Shown here piece by piece: positions 36,350 through 46,487 of a stretch of 64,000 nucleotides of DNA. The DNA is from Chloroflexota bacterium. GTDB lineage: Bacteria > Chloroflexota > Anaerolineae > UBA2200. Each line of letters starts with the position of its first letter. The first letter of the stretch is position 1. The translations under genes and the position numbers were made by a program. The notes below the pieces were generated by a model. It saw only the letters and a program-made list of their open reading frames with translations. It searched no databases and had not been told where the DNA came from. Location: assembly GCA_030607875.1 (NCBI GenBank), contig JAUWJD010000015.1, positions 731-64,730 of the forward strand, given 5' to 3'.

Positions 36350-39300
36350 TCATTGGGCATCGCCGCGGGACCACACCACAGGCTCGTCTTGGGGGTAAGT
36401 GGCGGGGTGCACACTGTAGCCCTGCTCCCCAAGTACTCCGTTGGAAGACACTGCAGCACTACTCTCAACCCTGCGGATGACCGGCAGAAATGCCTCGTAG
36501 TGACTAGGCATTGTGTGCGTCGGTGTAGCAGTCCTAGTGGGCGTATTGGTCCGCGTAGGTACAGGCGTGAAGGTACGCGTAGGTGTAGCAGTCGGTGTAG
36601 GAGTGGGAGGCTGGAGATAGAAACTAACGCTCAGCCTAGGACGCTGCGCTGGATCCCGCATGCTCTGAGACGAATACAAGGTCCACCACTGTCTGAGACT
36701 GCCCGGCAAAGCGGCAAGCGCCACACCGTAGTTCGTGGTTGGCGCAGAAACCCAGCGTTGCACCAACTCAGTCAGCTCCTGGCCTTCCCAAACCTGCCAC
36801 TGTTGCGTGTAGTGGAACCTGGCTACCGCAGCAGGGTCGGATGCTCTGTCGTCAACTCCCTTGCATCCGGCCAACTGCCAAGGCTCGCCGGGTGCAGCAT
36901 CGTTCCAGGTAGCGCCATCCTCTGTCCAGGGACGGAGCACCTCATGGACACCTATCAAGGTGCTGATTCCGCCAATCCCTCTGTAGTAAGCGTAGAGCTC
37001 AAGTCTCGCTCCGGTGACCACGGCATTGCTGGGTATGTAATGTGCCACGTCGAAACGCAGCAGTATCTTCTGCCGGCCATCGTAGTAGACTCTCAGTTCA
37101 TACCCCTGCCCAATGTTAGCGTCGACCCTGTGGCCATCGATGTAGGTGTCTGACACCCCGGCGTAGGAGGGCTCCGGCCAGACCCCGTTCTGGAATAGCG
37201 AAATAAACGGTGTGCTGTGCGGGAACGGCGTCCCCGTTGGCGTAGGCGTCGATGTTGGAGTGCTTGTTGGCATCGGCGTGCCCGTTGGTGTCTGTGTCTG
37301 TGTCAGTGTTGTGGTGGCTGGCGTCGTGGTCGTTGGCGTCAAGGTTTCCGCCGGGGTTGACGTGATCGTCGGCGTCAAGGCCTCGGTCGGGGTTGGTGTG
37401 ATCGTCGGCGTCAAGGTCTCCGTTGACGTGGCGGTCGGCGTTAAGGTTTCAGTAGGTGTCGGGCTGATCGTCGGTGTCAACGTATCTGTCGGAGTTTGAG
37501 TGATCGTTGGCGTCTGCGTCCGCGTTGGCGTGGCCGTCGGCGTTAAGGTTTCGGTCGGGGTCGGGGTGACCGTCGGCGTCAACGTATCTGTCGGAGTTGG
37601 GCCAATCGTCGGCGTCAGCGTGTCAGTTGGCGTCCGAGTGATCGTTGGGCTTGGCGTCGAGGTAGGTGTTGGTGTCCACGTATTCGTCGGTGCAGACGTA
37701 CTGGTGCGGCTGGGAGTGGAGCTCACCGTGCCCGTCGGTGTAGGAGTAGGCGTGTGAGTCAAGGTTGGCGTAGAAGTAGGTGTGCGACTCGGAGTCACGG
37801 TTCTCGTAGGTGTGGACCCAGGCCCACTAGACTCGTAGACGACGAGCAGTTCTGGCCGCAGGCTAATATCTGGATGCTCGCTAGAGGCGAATTCGTAGTA
37901 GCCAGGGCTGAGATAGCCGGAACACTTGAGCACCACTCCATGATTGCTGGCCGGATCGTCCAGCCACTCCTGCAACACCGTGGTGACATCAAAACTGCTC
38001 CAAACACCTATGCCCTGGATCTCGTAGCTGCTGCAGGCCTCGGCATCCCTATCTGCCGGGACGCCACGGCAGCCCTGCATGGCCCAGTTCACTCCGCTTC
38101 GAGCCTGATAGTAGCTTGCCTGGCTGTCTATCCACGTCCTGTTGACCTTGTAGGCATTCACCTGCAGGCTCTCCGGCGGGTCATTCCGCGCAGCATCTAC
38201 GTAGAGCCTGATTGCCGCTGACAGGATATCGGCAGCTGCTGGAAGGTCAGCGAGGTCAAACTGGATCAGCGGCGAGAAGACATCATCTTTGCGCAGCTTC
38301 AATTGCTGCTCTTGATAGGGGCGGCTCAGGGGGCTCCATGCATCCAGATAGGTATCCTGGGCCTGCTCCAGGATGCTGACTCGTCTGTGCGGCGTTTCCG
38401 GGTAGACGTACAGATGGTGTTCGCCACCACTACTGGTAGAGACGGCAAGTACTCCGTCCACCGGCAGCGAATGGCTCAGCGCAAAGGCGCCACTCTGCAG
38501 ATCTTGCTCTTCGACGACGTATCTGGCTGCAGGGGCGAGCCCCATCTCTAGCAGGTTGAAGCGCAAAGCCGTGCGCAACGTATCGGTCACCGTGGCATCT
38601 ATGGTCCCGGTTCTTGGGTCATAAGAGACCTCTGTGGCTGTCCATGGGTTGCTCTCCGCCCCACCCGGCCTCGGCTCCTGGTCGATGTGCAGCCAGTAGT
38701 AGCCCTTGGACTCGTCCGTCTTGATGCTCAAACTCAGATAGGGATCATCCACGTTCAGGTGTTGAGCGGCCAGCCAGTCCATCAGGTCTGCCTGGTCAGC
38801 GGCTGGCGGGTCGGTCCCATGACCACCTGGGAACTCACGATAGAAGAGCTCATGGTCACTATCCCAGTGCTGGATAGCATCCCGCAAGTCCCTGGCATGG
38901 TGTTTGGGGACGATAGAGTACGTTTCGTTGCTGGGATCTTCGGGATCAGGATCGAAACCCGTGTTGTGCAGGATGGCCACCGGCACGTGTTTCAGGTTCC
39001 GCACCAACCCATCGTTATGGGGGTACTGACAACTGTAGCGTTCGTACTGCGGGCCGCCGGTCAGCCCGGTCGGCGGCCCTGCGCCAGTGTCCCAGCACAG
39101 CCACTGGCCGTGATTGCCGCTGCAATCCACGCCAGGAAAGCCAGAGTGATCCTCCCAATACCAGTCCCTCAGGTTGGTGAACCCCTTCACGTCCACCGCG
39201 GCAGCGATCAAGTCCGGATACTTCTCGGCCATGAGGATCGCTCTGTAGCCGCCACCGGACACACCGATCAGGTAGATGCGCGAGTCATCCACACCGTATT

Positions 39301-40588
39301 CGCTGCGCACCTTGTTCACCATCTCCATGATGCGATGCTGCACGTCCAGCACCGCCACGTGCCAGGGCTTGCTCAGGCGGTATAGATCTGGAGCCAGCAA
39401 CAGCCATCCCCGTTCCGTGACCGCGTTGGCGTAGAAAACCCCCTGGCCATTGTTGCCGTACAGCACTTCCTCCGCAAAGCCGCCCCAGGAATGCAGTGCC
39501 ACTACCAGTGGCACTGGCTCTGCCGGGGGGTAGCCTGTTGGCAGGCGCAGGTAGGCCCAATTCTCCAGGCCATCAACCTCGCTGGTGGGGATGGTGATCC
39601 TGAGGATGGTCGGGGCAGTGACGCGCGTTGGTGTCAGGGTGATCGTTGCAGTTGATGTGTGGGTCGGTGTTCGGGTCGGCGTGCGCGTGTTGGTGGGCGT
39701 GCTTGTATAGGTAGGCGTGCGCGTACGTGTCGGCGTGAACGTGGGGGTCGAGGTATTTGTCGGCGTTCGGGTAGGGGTGTTCGTACTGGTTGGCGTGAAC
39801 GTAGGCGTGGGCGTATCAGTCGGCGTGTTGGTCGGCGTAGGCATGGGGGTGTAGATGGGAGCTGGTCCCTGGTAGGTTACCACCAACTTGGGGCGGTGAG
39901 CGAGCGCGGCCTCACTGCTGCTAAAGTTGATGTATCCACTACTGAAGGCGCTGTCTCCGCGCAACAATACGCCGCTATTAGGCAAACTCTGGTTGACCCA
40001 GCCCTGGACCACCGATGTCAGATCGAACTCGTACCACCTGAGAATGGAGTTGATGATCCCTCCAGCCTCAGGAGAAGTGCGCCGGTCGGTTTCAGTGTCC
40101 TCGCAGCCGGGCTGGCCCCAGGGCTGTGTTGCGGAAGCCACGTTCCAGGTTACCTCGGAAATGACGTTGGTGCGGGTGATGTAATACACAGACATCGCCG
40201 AGCCGCTGCCACTCCAGCCAGACGCATACAACTGGAGAGTGGCAGACACAATCACTGCTTCGGACGGGATGGGGGCCAGGTTGAACTTGACAATGCTGGC
40301 CCGCCGCTGTTTGTATCCCACGCGGATCGCTGCCTCTGCAGAGTAATTGCGGTGTGGCGCATAAGCATACATGTGGGTATCCTCAGCGCCGGAGTAACCG
40401 TTGAGGCCTTCCTGAAAGACAACGGTGTATTCGTCCCAATCTGCAGCAGCCAAGGGCACCCCCTGTTCCGTGCCCCTGTCGTCACCAACAGGGGCTATCT
40501 CCTGAGCTGAACTTACTCCCAGGAACAGCAAGGCAATAGAGAGGCCCAGCAGGGCTACGATGGTTACTGCGGTGTATAATCTATTCAT
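36350..40588 (-). CDS. Giant (about 1412 aa) secreted protein: DNRLRE-type module, alpha/beta-hydrolase (esterase/peptidase S9-like) domain, two more DNRLRE-type modules, long Pro/Thr linkers
   Basis: Signal peptide MNRLYTAVTIVALLGLSIALLFLGVSSAQE (ATG 40588; TTG 40606 is an alternative). Nucleophile elbow IGVSGGGY within VVALHSWGG.. context. Three 'L(V/I)(K/Q/R)F(N/D)L' modules. A TPT-repeat linker of about 200 aa. The C-terminal region carries YEAFLPVIRR. Confidence 0.82.
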   Translation of the reverse strand: MNRLYTAVTIVALLGLSIALLFLGVSSAQEIAPVGDDRGTEQGVPLAAADWDEYTVVFQEGLNGYSGAEDTHMYAYAPHRNYSAEAAIRVGYKQRRASIVKFNLAPIPSEAVIVSATLQLYASGWSGSGSAMSVYYITRTNVISEVTWNVASATQPWGQPGCEDTETDRRTSPEAGGIINSILRWYEFDLTSVVQGWVNQSLPNSGVLLRGDSAFSSGYINFSSSEAALAHRPKLVVTYQGPAPIYTPMPTPTNTPTDTPTPTFTPTSTNTPTRTPTNTSTPTFTPTRTRTPTYTSTPTNTRTPTRTPTHTSTATITLTPTRVTAPTILRITIPTSEVDGLENWAYLRLPTGYPPAEPVPLVVALHSWGGFAEEVLYGNNGQGVFYANAVTERGWLLLAPDLYRLSKPWHVAVLDVQHRIMEMVNKVRSEYGVDDSRIYLIGVSGGGYRAILMAEKYPDLIAAAVDVKGFTNLRDWYWEDHSGFPGVDCSGNHGQWLCWDTGAGPPTGLTGGPQYERYSCQYPHNDGLVRNLKHVPVAILHNTGFDPDPEDPSNETYSIVPKHHARDLRDAIQHWDSDHELFYREFPGGHGTDPPAADQADLMDWLAAQHLNVDDPYLSLSIKTDESKGYYWLHIDQEPRPGGAESNPWTATEVSYDPRTGTIDATVTDTLRTALRFNLLEMGLAPAARYVVEEQDLQSGAFALSHSLPVDGVLAVSTSSGGEHHLYVYPETPHRRVSILEQAQDTYLDAWSPLSRPYQEQQLKLRKDDVFSPLIQFDLADLPAAADILSAAIRLYVDAARNDPPESLQVNAYKVNRTWIDSQASYYQARSGVNWAMQGCRGVPADRDAEACSSYEIQGIGVWSSFDVTTVLQEWLDDPASNHGVVLKCSGYLSPGYYEFASSEHPDISLRPELLVVYESSGPGSTPTRTVTPSRTPTSTPTLTHTPTPTPTGTVSSTPSRTSTSAPTNTWTPTPTSTPSPTITRTPTDTLTPTIGPTPTDTLTPTVTPTPTETLTPTATPTRTQTPTITQTPTDTLTPTISPTPTETLTPTATSTETLTPTITPTPTEALTPTITSTPAETLTPTTTTPATTTLTQTQTPTGTPMPTSTPTSTPTPTGTPFPHSTPFISLFQNGVWPEPSYAGVSDTYIDGHRVDANIGQGYELRVYYDGRQKILLRFDVAHYIPSNAVVTGARLELYAYYRGIGGISTLIGVHEVLRPWTEDGATWNDAAPGEPWQLAGCKGVDDRASDPAAVARFHYTQQWQVWEGQELTELVQRWVSAPTTNYGVALAALPGSLRQWWTLYSSQSMRDPAQRPRLSVSFYLQPPTPTPTATPTRTFTPVPTRTNTPTRTATPTHTMPSHYEAFLPVIRRVESSAAVSSNGVLGEQGYSVHPATYPQDEPVVWSRGDAQ

Positions 40589-40946
40589 TCTCCGGTCTAC
40601 TCCCAACGATAATAGTCCTTAATGCTAACTCTCGACGCTCCGTCTGTATTGGACCCATAGCCCGCCATTACACCTGGATCCCCTTCCCAGGCGGACGGCA
40701 AGAACCTCGTTTCACGCTGAGTGAGGTCCTACCGCTTCGTCCACCGAAGGTTGCCAAACCCCCTCTGACTCGCTCATCATGTGAAACGACTGCCTGAGTC
40801 TAGCAATCCCATCGAGCGGGACGAACTGTCGACGCAGTACTCTGTAACAATGAATGCAAACTTCTGTAACTTTTCGTGCATTCTGTGGAAGAATCTTGGG
40901 CTGGCGCATAGGGCGCGGTACATAAGCCATGCCTGGGGTAAACACC

Positions 40947-43172
40947 CTACTCTGGCCTGCTAAGCCGCTTCAGGCCAGCAAAACCAGCCATCAGACGCTT
41001 GATTCCTGACTTGCCGGCAAAGGCAACGATCACTTGCTCATCCCCGCCGCGTCCTTGGCTGTTGACTACGATGCCCTCTCCAAAGCGGGGATGCTGAACG
41101 CGATCTCCTGGCGCAAAGGATCCCTCCCTCGGCGCGGCCCTCCTGGATGGTGCTGCCTTTGGCTCAGCCTTTCGCCTGGCTGGGGCACGACCTCCCACAC
41201 CTTGGATCAGGCGGCTGGGAATATCCCGCAGAAAGCGGGATGGCTCACTGAGCGCCTGGTTGCCAAAACGCGTTCGTCGGAAGGTGTGGATCAGATGCAA
41301 GCTGCGCTTGGCTCGCGTCATGCCTACGTAGCACAAGCGGCGTTCTTCTTCCATCTCGTCCGGTTCTCCCAGCGAGCGGCTATGTGGCAGGATTCCTTCC
41401 TCCAGTCCGGCGATAAAGACGGTATCGAACTCCAGGCCCTTGGCCGTGTGCAGCGTAAGCAGCGTGGCGGCGTCTACCTCTTCTCGAAGATTGTCCACAT
41501 CAGAGACCAAAGCTACGTCTTCGAGAAAGGTAGTCAAGGCAGAGTCGGTTGGCAGGCCGTCACGATCCTGAGCCACCGTGCGTAACTCCTGGATGTTCTC
41601 CCAGCGCTCCTCACCCTCCTCCGTACCATCTCGCACGTAGTCAGCGTACCCCGAATCCGCCAGAACTAGATCCATAAGTTCAAGCACTCTGCTGGCGTCA
41701 CGTGCTGCTATCCAGCGATCCACTATGGTCAGGAAAGCGAGCAAAGCCTTTGAGGCTCTGCTGTCGAAACTGGGAACCAGATGAGAGGCAACAGACTTGG
41801 CACCATCCGCCGTCTGAGCCGGGTTTGCCTGCGCTATGCTGTCCTTGAGCAACTGCAGCGCAGTGTACAGAGGAACACCTTGTCTCTGCGCCCAACCTTC
41901 CAGCGCCTTTCGCGTCCTGGCGCCGATACCACGCGGCGGCACATTCAGGATGCGTTTCAAGCTGACATCGTCGTAAGGGTTGTGGATCAGGCGCAGGAAA
42001 GCCACCACATCTCGGATCTCGCGCCGCTCGTAGAAACGCGTGGCACCGACCAGTTTGTAAGGCAAACCGTGACGGACAAACGCGTCTTCGAGCACGCGGG
42101 ACTGGGCATTGGTGCGATACATCACGGCGCAGCCACGCAGGCGACAGACCCCTTCCGCCACAAGCCTCTCGATTTCCCTCGCAATGTACTCTGCCTCTTC
42201 CTGCTCATCGTAGGCCTCAAAAACGGTGACCGGTAAACCTTGCGGGTTTTTGGTCCACAACCGCTTGTGCGTACGCCAGGTGTTCAGTGAGATAACATGT
42301 CTCGCTGCCTCCAGGATGTTTTGTGTCGAACGATAGTTCTGCTCTAGCAACACAACTCGGGCCTCTGGATAGTCTTCACGAAATCGTCGTATGTTGCGAT
42401 AGTCAGCCCCTCGCCAGCCATAGATGCTCTGATCCTCGTCACCGACTACAAAGAGGTTCTTCCGTCCAGCGGTCAGCATTTTCACCAACTGATACTGCGC
42501 ACTGTCTGTATCCTGGAATTCGTCCACGAGCACGTAGACATAGCGTCGCTGATATTTCCGCAGGACGTCCTCGCACTCGTTGAGCAAGCGCACTGCCAGC
42601 ATCAGCAGATCATCAAAGTCCAGGGCACTGTTCGCCCTCAGCAATTGCTGGTAGCGGCTGTATACCCGGGCGGCTACCTCGTGCCAGTAGGTAGGCGGGT
42701 TATACTCTTCAGGCGTGAACAGAGAACGCTTGGCCTTGGAAATGGCTGCCTGAATCGCTGTAGGACGGTACATCTTATCGTCCAGGTTGAGTTCCCTCAG
42801 GGCTTGCTTGATAAGGCCAAGCTGGTCATCCCTGCCGTATATGACGAAATTCGATGGCAAACCTATCGCCTGTGCCTCACGGCGCAACAGCCGCGCGCAG
42901 ATGGCATGGAAAGTGCCCATGGTGAGGTGCTGCAGCCGTTGCTGTCCTATCAGGCGGTCCAGGCGACTGCGCATCTCCCGTGCAGCCTTGTTGGTGAAGG
43001 TGACCGCCATGATATTGTAGGGATCGATAGCGCATTCCTTGACCAGGTACGCGATGCGGTATGTGAGCACGCGAGTCTTGCCTGAACCAGGGCCTGCCAG
43101 CACCAAGACCGGGCCGTCCAGGATCTCTACCGACGTTCGCTGTGCAGGATTCAATTGAGTCAACAAGTCCAC
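40947..43172 (-). CDS. pcrA: ATP-dependent DNA helicase PcrA/UvrD (SF1)
   Basis: LNPAQRTSVE..VLAGPGSGKTRVLT, VDEFQDTD, YRS, TLHTAKGLEF, VGMTRAK, and a C-terminal Tudor-like GDRVQHPRFGEGIV. Confidence 0.95.
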   Translation of the reverse strand: MDLLTQLNPAQRTSVEILDGPVLVLAGPGSGKTRVLTYRIAYLVKECAIDPYNIMAVTFTNKAAREMRSRLDRLIGQQRLQHLTMGTFHAICARLLRREAQAIGLPSNFVIYGRDDQLGLIKQALRELNLDDKMYRPTAIQAAISKAKRSLFTPEEYNPPTYWHEVAARVYSRYQQLLRANSALDFDDLLMLAVRLLNECEDVLRKYQRRYVYVLVDEFQDTDSAQYQLVKMLTAGRKNLFVVGDEDQSIYGWRGADYRNIRRFREDYPEARVVLLEQNYRSTQNILEAARHVISLNTWRTHKRLWTKNPQGLPVTVFEAYDEQEEAEYIAREIERLVAEGVCRLRGCAVMYRTNAQSRVLEDAFVRHGLPYKLVGATRFYERREIRDVVAFLRLIHNPYDDVSLKRILNVPPRGIGARTRKALEGWAQRQGVPLYTALQLLKDSIAQANPAQTADGAKSVASHLVPSFDSRASKALLAFLTIVDRWIAARDASRVLELMDLVLADSGYADYVRDGTEEGEERWENIQELRTVAQDRDGLPTDSALTTFLEDVALVSDVDNLREEVDAATLLTLHTAKGLEFDTVFIAGLEEGILPHSRSLGEPDEMEEERRLCYVGMTRAKRSLHLIHTFRRTRFGNQALSEPSRFLRDIPSRLIQGVGGRAPARRKAEPKAAPSRRAAPREGSFAPGDRVQHPRFGEGIVVNSQGRGGDEQVIVAFAGKSGIKRLMAGFAGLKRLSRPE

Positions 43173-43326
43173 CTATACTCCTTGCCGGGGCAAATACAGT
43201 CCCCCTATTCTAGCAACGTTTGCGTTTTTTGACCAATCCACGCAGCTTGGCGTCGTTTGCACTTCCCGATTGCCTGCACTAGAATTGACCCGTCCGCCAT
43301 TTACCTGAAGAAAAGGAGTGCAACCG

Positions 43327-44724
43327 ATGGACTGGAACAGACTGCCACCAGAGCTGGGCGAGGCGAGCGAAGGCCTGTCCACTTTGGTCACCGCAATGGA
43401 GACCAGAGTGCCCTACGCCGCTGCCCTGCTGACCCGCAACAGCGGGCTGCAGATTGGGGTTAACCACCGTGAGCAGCAAGTGACCGAAATCCGGCCCAGC
43501 CAGGGTCTGGTGCTGACTGCCTGGAACGGCACGTATTTTGAGGAGGCAGCGACCGCCGCTCTGACAAAGAAGCACATGTTTGATCTGGCTCGGGAATTTG
43601 CCAGCACCGTTGATATGTCCCCGTCATCCGAGGCTATAGACCCCGGCCCACCTCTCAAGCAGCACTTTGCGACCGCGTGTGACCAGGATCCTACCTTGCT
43701 CTCGGCGAAGAACAAGCTGGATTTTTGCCTCGAACTGCACAGCAAGGCGAAGGAGCTGGATCCACGTATCGTCAACGTGCAGGTGCGTTACCGAGAGACC
43801 CAGGAATCGAAAGCCTTTGCCAATCGGACGAAGCAGTTGTCGCAGAATGTGCTGCGCTTACGCCTGGTCGTACAGATCTTTGTCAGCGACGGAAAGCAAC
43901 TGCGATACAACTGGATGACCAAGGATGGCACTGGCGGGCTGGAACTGGTTCAATTCACCGACCAGGAGTTGCGTGAACTGTGCGATACGGCTGTAGCTCT
44001 GCTTTCGGCCGAGAAGGTGCCACCGGGCATGTACGACGTGATCTGCACGCCCGAAATCTCTGGAGTCATTGCTCACGAGGCCTTTGGGCACGGCGTCGAG
44101 CTGGACATGTTCCTCAAGGACCGCGCACGGTCCGAACAGTACTTGGGCAAGCTCATTGCGTCACCACTGGTGAGCATTGTTGACGCCCCCTCTTATCCTG
44201 GCGGACACGGCTCCTACTTCTTTGATGACGAGGGACAGCTTGCCTCACCTACGTGCATCATCCGCGATGGAGTGTTCGAGCGTGGGCTGTCCGACCTGTT
44301 CTCGGCACACAGCCTGCGCATGCCGCGCAGCGCCAACGGACGCCGGGAGAGCTTTGAACGCAAGATCTACGCGCGCATGTCCAATACGTTCTTCGCGCCT
44401 GGAGAGCCACCTGTTCCCTCCATGATCGAAAGCGTGGAGCGAGGAGTCTACCTGAAAAAGGTCTCCAGCGGAATGGAAGACCCCAAGGGCTGGGGCATGC
44501 AGGTCACCAGTCATTACGGCGAGGAGATCCGCGACGGCAAGCTCACCGGACGGCTCTTCGCCCCGGTGGGCATTACTGGATATGTTCCGGACATCCTGCA
44601 GAGCGTCAGTGCCGTTGGTGATGACTTTGCCTTAAGCGGCGGAACGTGCGGCAAGGGCCATAAGGAGTGGGCGCCAGTGTCAGACGGCGGCCCTCATCTC
44701 AAATTGAAAGCGAGGCTGGGCTGA
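43327..44724 (+). CDS. tldD: TldD-family metalloprotease/peptidase U62
   Basis: HEAFGHGVE zinc motif and C-terminal GG.CGKG. AGGAG lies 8 nt before ATG 43327 (track start GTG 43318). Confidence 0.88.
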   Translation: MDWNRLPPELGEASEGLSTLVTAMETRVPYAAALLTRNSGLQIGVNHREQQVTEIRPSQGLVLTAWNGTYFEEAATAALTKKHMFDLAREFASTVDMSPSSEAIDPGPPLKQHFATACDQDPTLLSAKNKLDFCLELHSKAKELDPRIVNVQVRYRETQESKAFANRTKQLSQNVLRLRLVVQIFVSDGKQLRYNWMTKDGTGGLELVQFTDQELRELCDTAVALLSAEKVPPGMYDVICTPEISGVIAHEAFGHGVELDMFLKDRARSEQYLGKLIASPLVSIVDAPSYPGGHGSYFFDDEGQLASPTCIIRDGVFERGLSDLFSAHSLRMPRSANGRRESFERKIYARMSNTFFAPGEPPVPSMIESVERGVYLKKVSSGMEDPKGWGMQVTSHYGEEIRDGKLTGRLFAPVGITGYVPDILQSVSAVGDDFALSGGTCGKGHKEWAPVSDGGPHLKLKARLG

Positions 44725-46049
44725 TGTTGCAGCAAGTAGTACGGGCATTGCGCAAACAGGATGGGGTAGACGACTGGCTGGTGCGTCACATTCTCAAGAC
44801 CAGCACCCAGTATTATGTCATCGGCTTGCAGCCGGAGAATCGACGCAAGGTCAACACTGAGCAGGTGGTGGTGACGGTGATGAACGATCACGCCCCAGCC
44901 AAAGGCGGCGAGGGGCGTATGCGCGGCGAAGCAGAAGTCACCTTACTGCCTACCGATCTGCAGCACCTACCGCAGAAGCTGAGCCAAGCTGTCTTCATGG
45001 CCACTTTGACCGACAACCCGCCGTACGATCTGGCAGGCGCTGTAGAGTATCCAGAGGTGGGCCTGGCTGACCCGGAGATGCAGGCCGCACCACGGCAGGT
45101 TGCTGAGCGTTTGGTACAGCAATTGACCGAGGCTCTGACAGAGGAGCGCGATGTTCGTCTGTCGAGCGCTGAGGTCTTTGTCGAGCAAAGCCAAGTCGCC
45201 ATCCAAAACAGCAGGGGCGTACGCGGCGACAAGGTGGAAACCGAGATGCTGCTGGACTTTGTGCTGCTGGCATCCGGCCAAGAAGACGAGATGGAATCGC
45301 ACATCGCTGTCAAACGCCGGCGAGCGGCAGACCTCGATGTGCCAGCGCTGGCTCGACGACAGGCGCAGTATGCGTGCGACGCCATCGCTGCCAGTACCCC
45401 AAGGACGGGTACCTTCCCTGTTGTGGTCAGCGATAATGCTCTGGTGGAACTGCTGATGAGTGAAGGTTACTCCCCGCTCATCCTGCGCTCTTCAGCCCGA
45501 TTGAAGTATCAGCGCATGACCACCTGGGACATCGGGGAGAGCATTTTCCCTGGTGAATCCAGTGGTGACCCAGTCATCATGTACTCGAATGCCCTGTTGC
45601 CATTCGGCACCCGCAGCAGCAGCTTCGACGGCGAGGGGCTGCCGGGGCAGAGGACGTTGATCATCGATAACGGTGTCCTGTCGCGCTTTTGGGCCCGACA
45701 GCGCTACGCCCAGTACCTCCAAGTCCCGGCAACAGGGAGCTTCGGCAACATGGAAATCGCGGCGGGCAGCGTCCCGTTTGCCTCCCTGCTGGACGACGGG
45801 CCTCTGTATCACATCGTTGCCTTCTCGGCGATGAGTCCCGATCCTATCACCGGTGACTTTGTGGGAGAGATCCGCCTGGGCTACGAGATCGATAAGGGAC
45901 AGACACGGCCGATCAGAGGCGGATCGATCAGCGGCAATCTCTTTGCTGCCCTGGCTATGGCCAGGTTGTCACAGGAAACCATCTTCCTGGGGGACTACCG
46001 GGGGCCACGCGGTATGTGCTTCCCAGAAGTCACTGTAGCCGGTGCCTGA
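44724..46049 (+). CDS. pmbA: PmbA/TldE-family protein (TldD partner, no HExxxH)
   Basis: U62-family C-terminal pattern (..GDFVGEIRLGYEIDKG..). The ATG at 44724 overlaps the tldD TGA (cTGATG). Confidence 0.8.
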   Translation: MLQQVVRALRKQDGVDDWLVRHILKTSTQYYVIGLQPENRRKVNTEQVVVTVMNDHAPAKGGEGRMRGEAEVTLLPTDLQHLPQKLSQAVFMATLTDNPPYDLAGAVEYPEVGLADPEMQAAPRQVAERLVQQLTEALTEERDVRLSSAEVFVEQSQVAIQNSRGVRGDKVETEMLLDFVLLASGQEDEMESHIAVKRRRAADLDVPALARRQAQYACDAIAASTPRTGTFPVVVSDNALVELLMSEGYSPLILRSSARLKYQRMTTWDIGESIFPGESSGDPVIMYSNALLPFGTRSSSFDGEGLPGQRTLIIDNGVLSRFWARQRYAQYLQVPATGSFGNMEIAAGSVPFASLLDDGPLYHIVAFSAMSPDPITGDFVGEIRLGYEIDKGQTRPIRGGSISGNLFAALAMARLSQETIFLGDYRGPRGMCFPEVTVAGA

Positions 46050-46147
46050 GGAAGACGCAAGGCCCATCAGAGACCTGACAAGTATGCCATTTGGAGGTAT
46101 GGGTCATCACAGGTCAGGGATTCAGATCCTCGACCTCGACAAGGCAC

Positions 46148-46175
46148 TTGCGTTTCTTGGGAGTTGTATTATAAT
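46148..46175 (+). promoter_or_regulatory. Promoter (TTGCGT-16-TATAAT) about 310 nt upstream of the moaD-like/aor operon
   Basis: TTGCGT at 46148-46153 and TATAAT at 46170-46175. No better candidate lies closer to 46488. Confidence 0.45.
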
Positions 46176-46487
46176 TCGAAACTACCTGGGTTGGGAGATC
46201 GCGACGGTGTGCAGAGGGCCTTGCGACAGACACGACACTTGTGTCTGGCCTCGCACTGTTGTTCTCTTGGCATGGATCTATTCCCACCACTGCCTGGCTT
46301 TGTCTCCTGGCGTGCCGGGGGTGTTTGTGCGACTGGTGCAAGCACGCTCAGCACGTCTCAGAAACCATCCCAATGGTACGTTTTCGGTACCTTGCCCGCT
46401 GCAGTTTTGAGAATCGGGCAATCCACAGTAAGATGATGATGTAACTCCAGTATCCCGCGAGAGAATTTGGCAAACGATCAAGTGGCA

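Noticed and set aside
37212-37757. Gly/Val-rich plus-strand ORFs (95 and 85 aa), and 39659-40510 (283 aa).
   Set aside because: They are a mirror image of the TPT linker and other parts of the giant minus-strand gene. The sequence is low-complexity with no start context.
46176-46487. Moco/tungsten-cofactor riboswitch upstream of moaD-like/aor.
   Set aside because: I could not find the conserved Moco-motif sequence blocks by eye. It is kept only as an unspecified structured leader in the findings.
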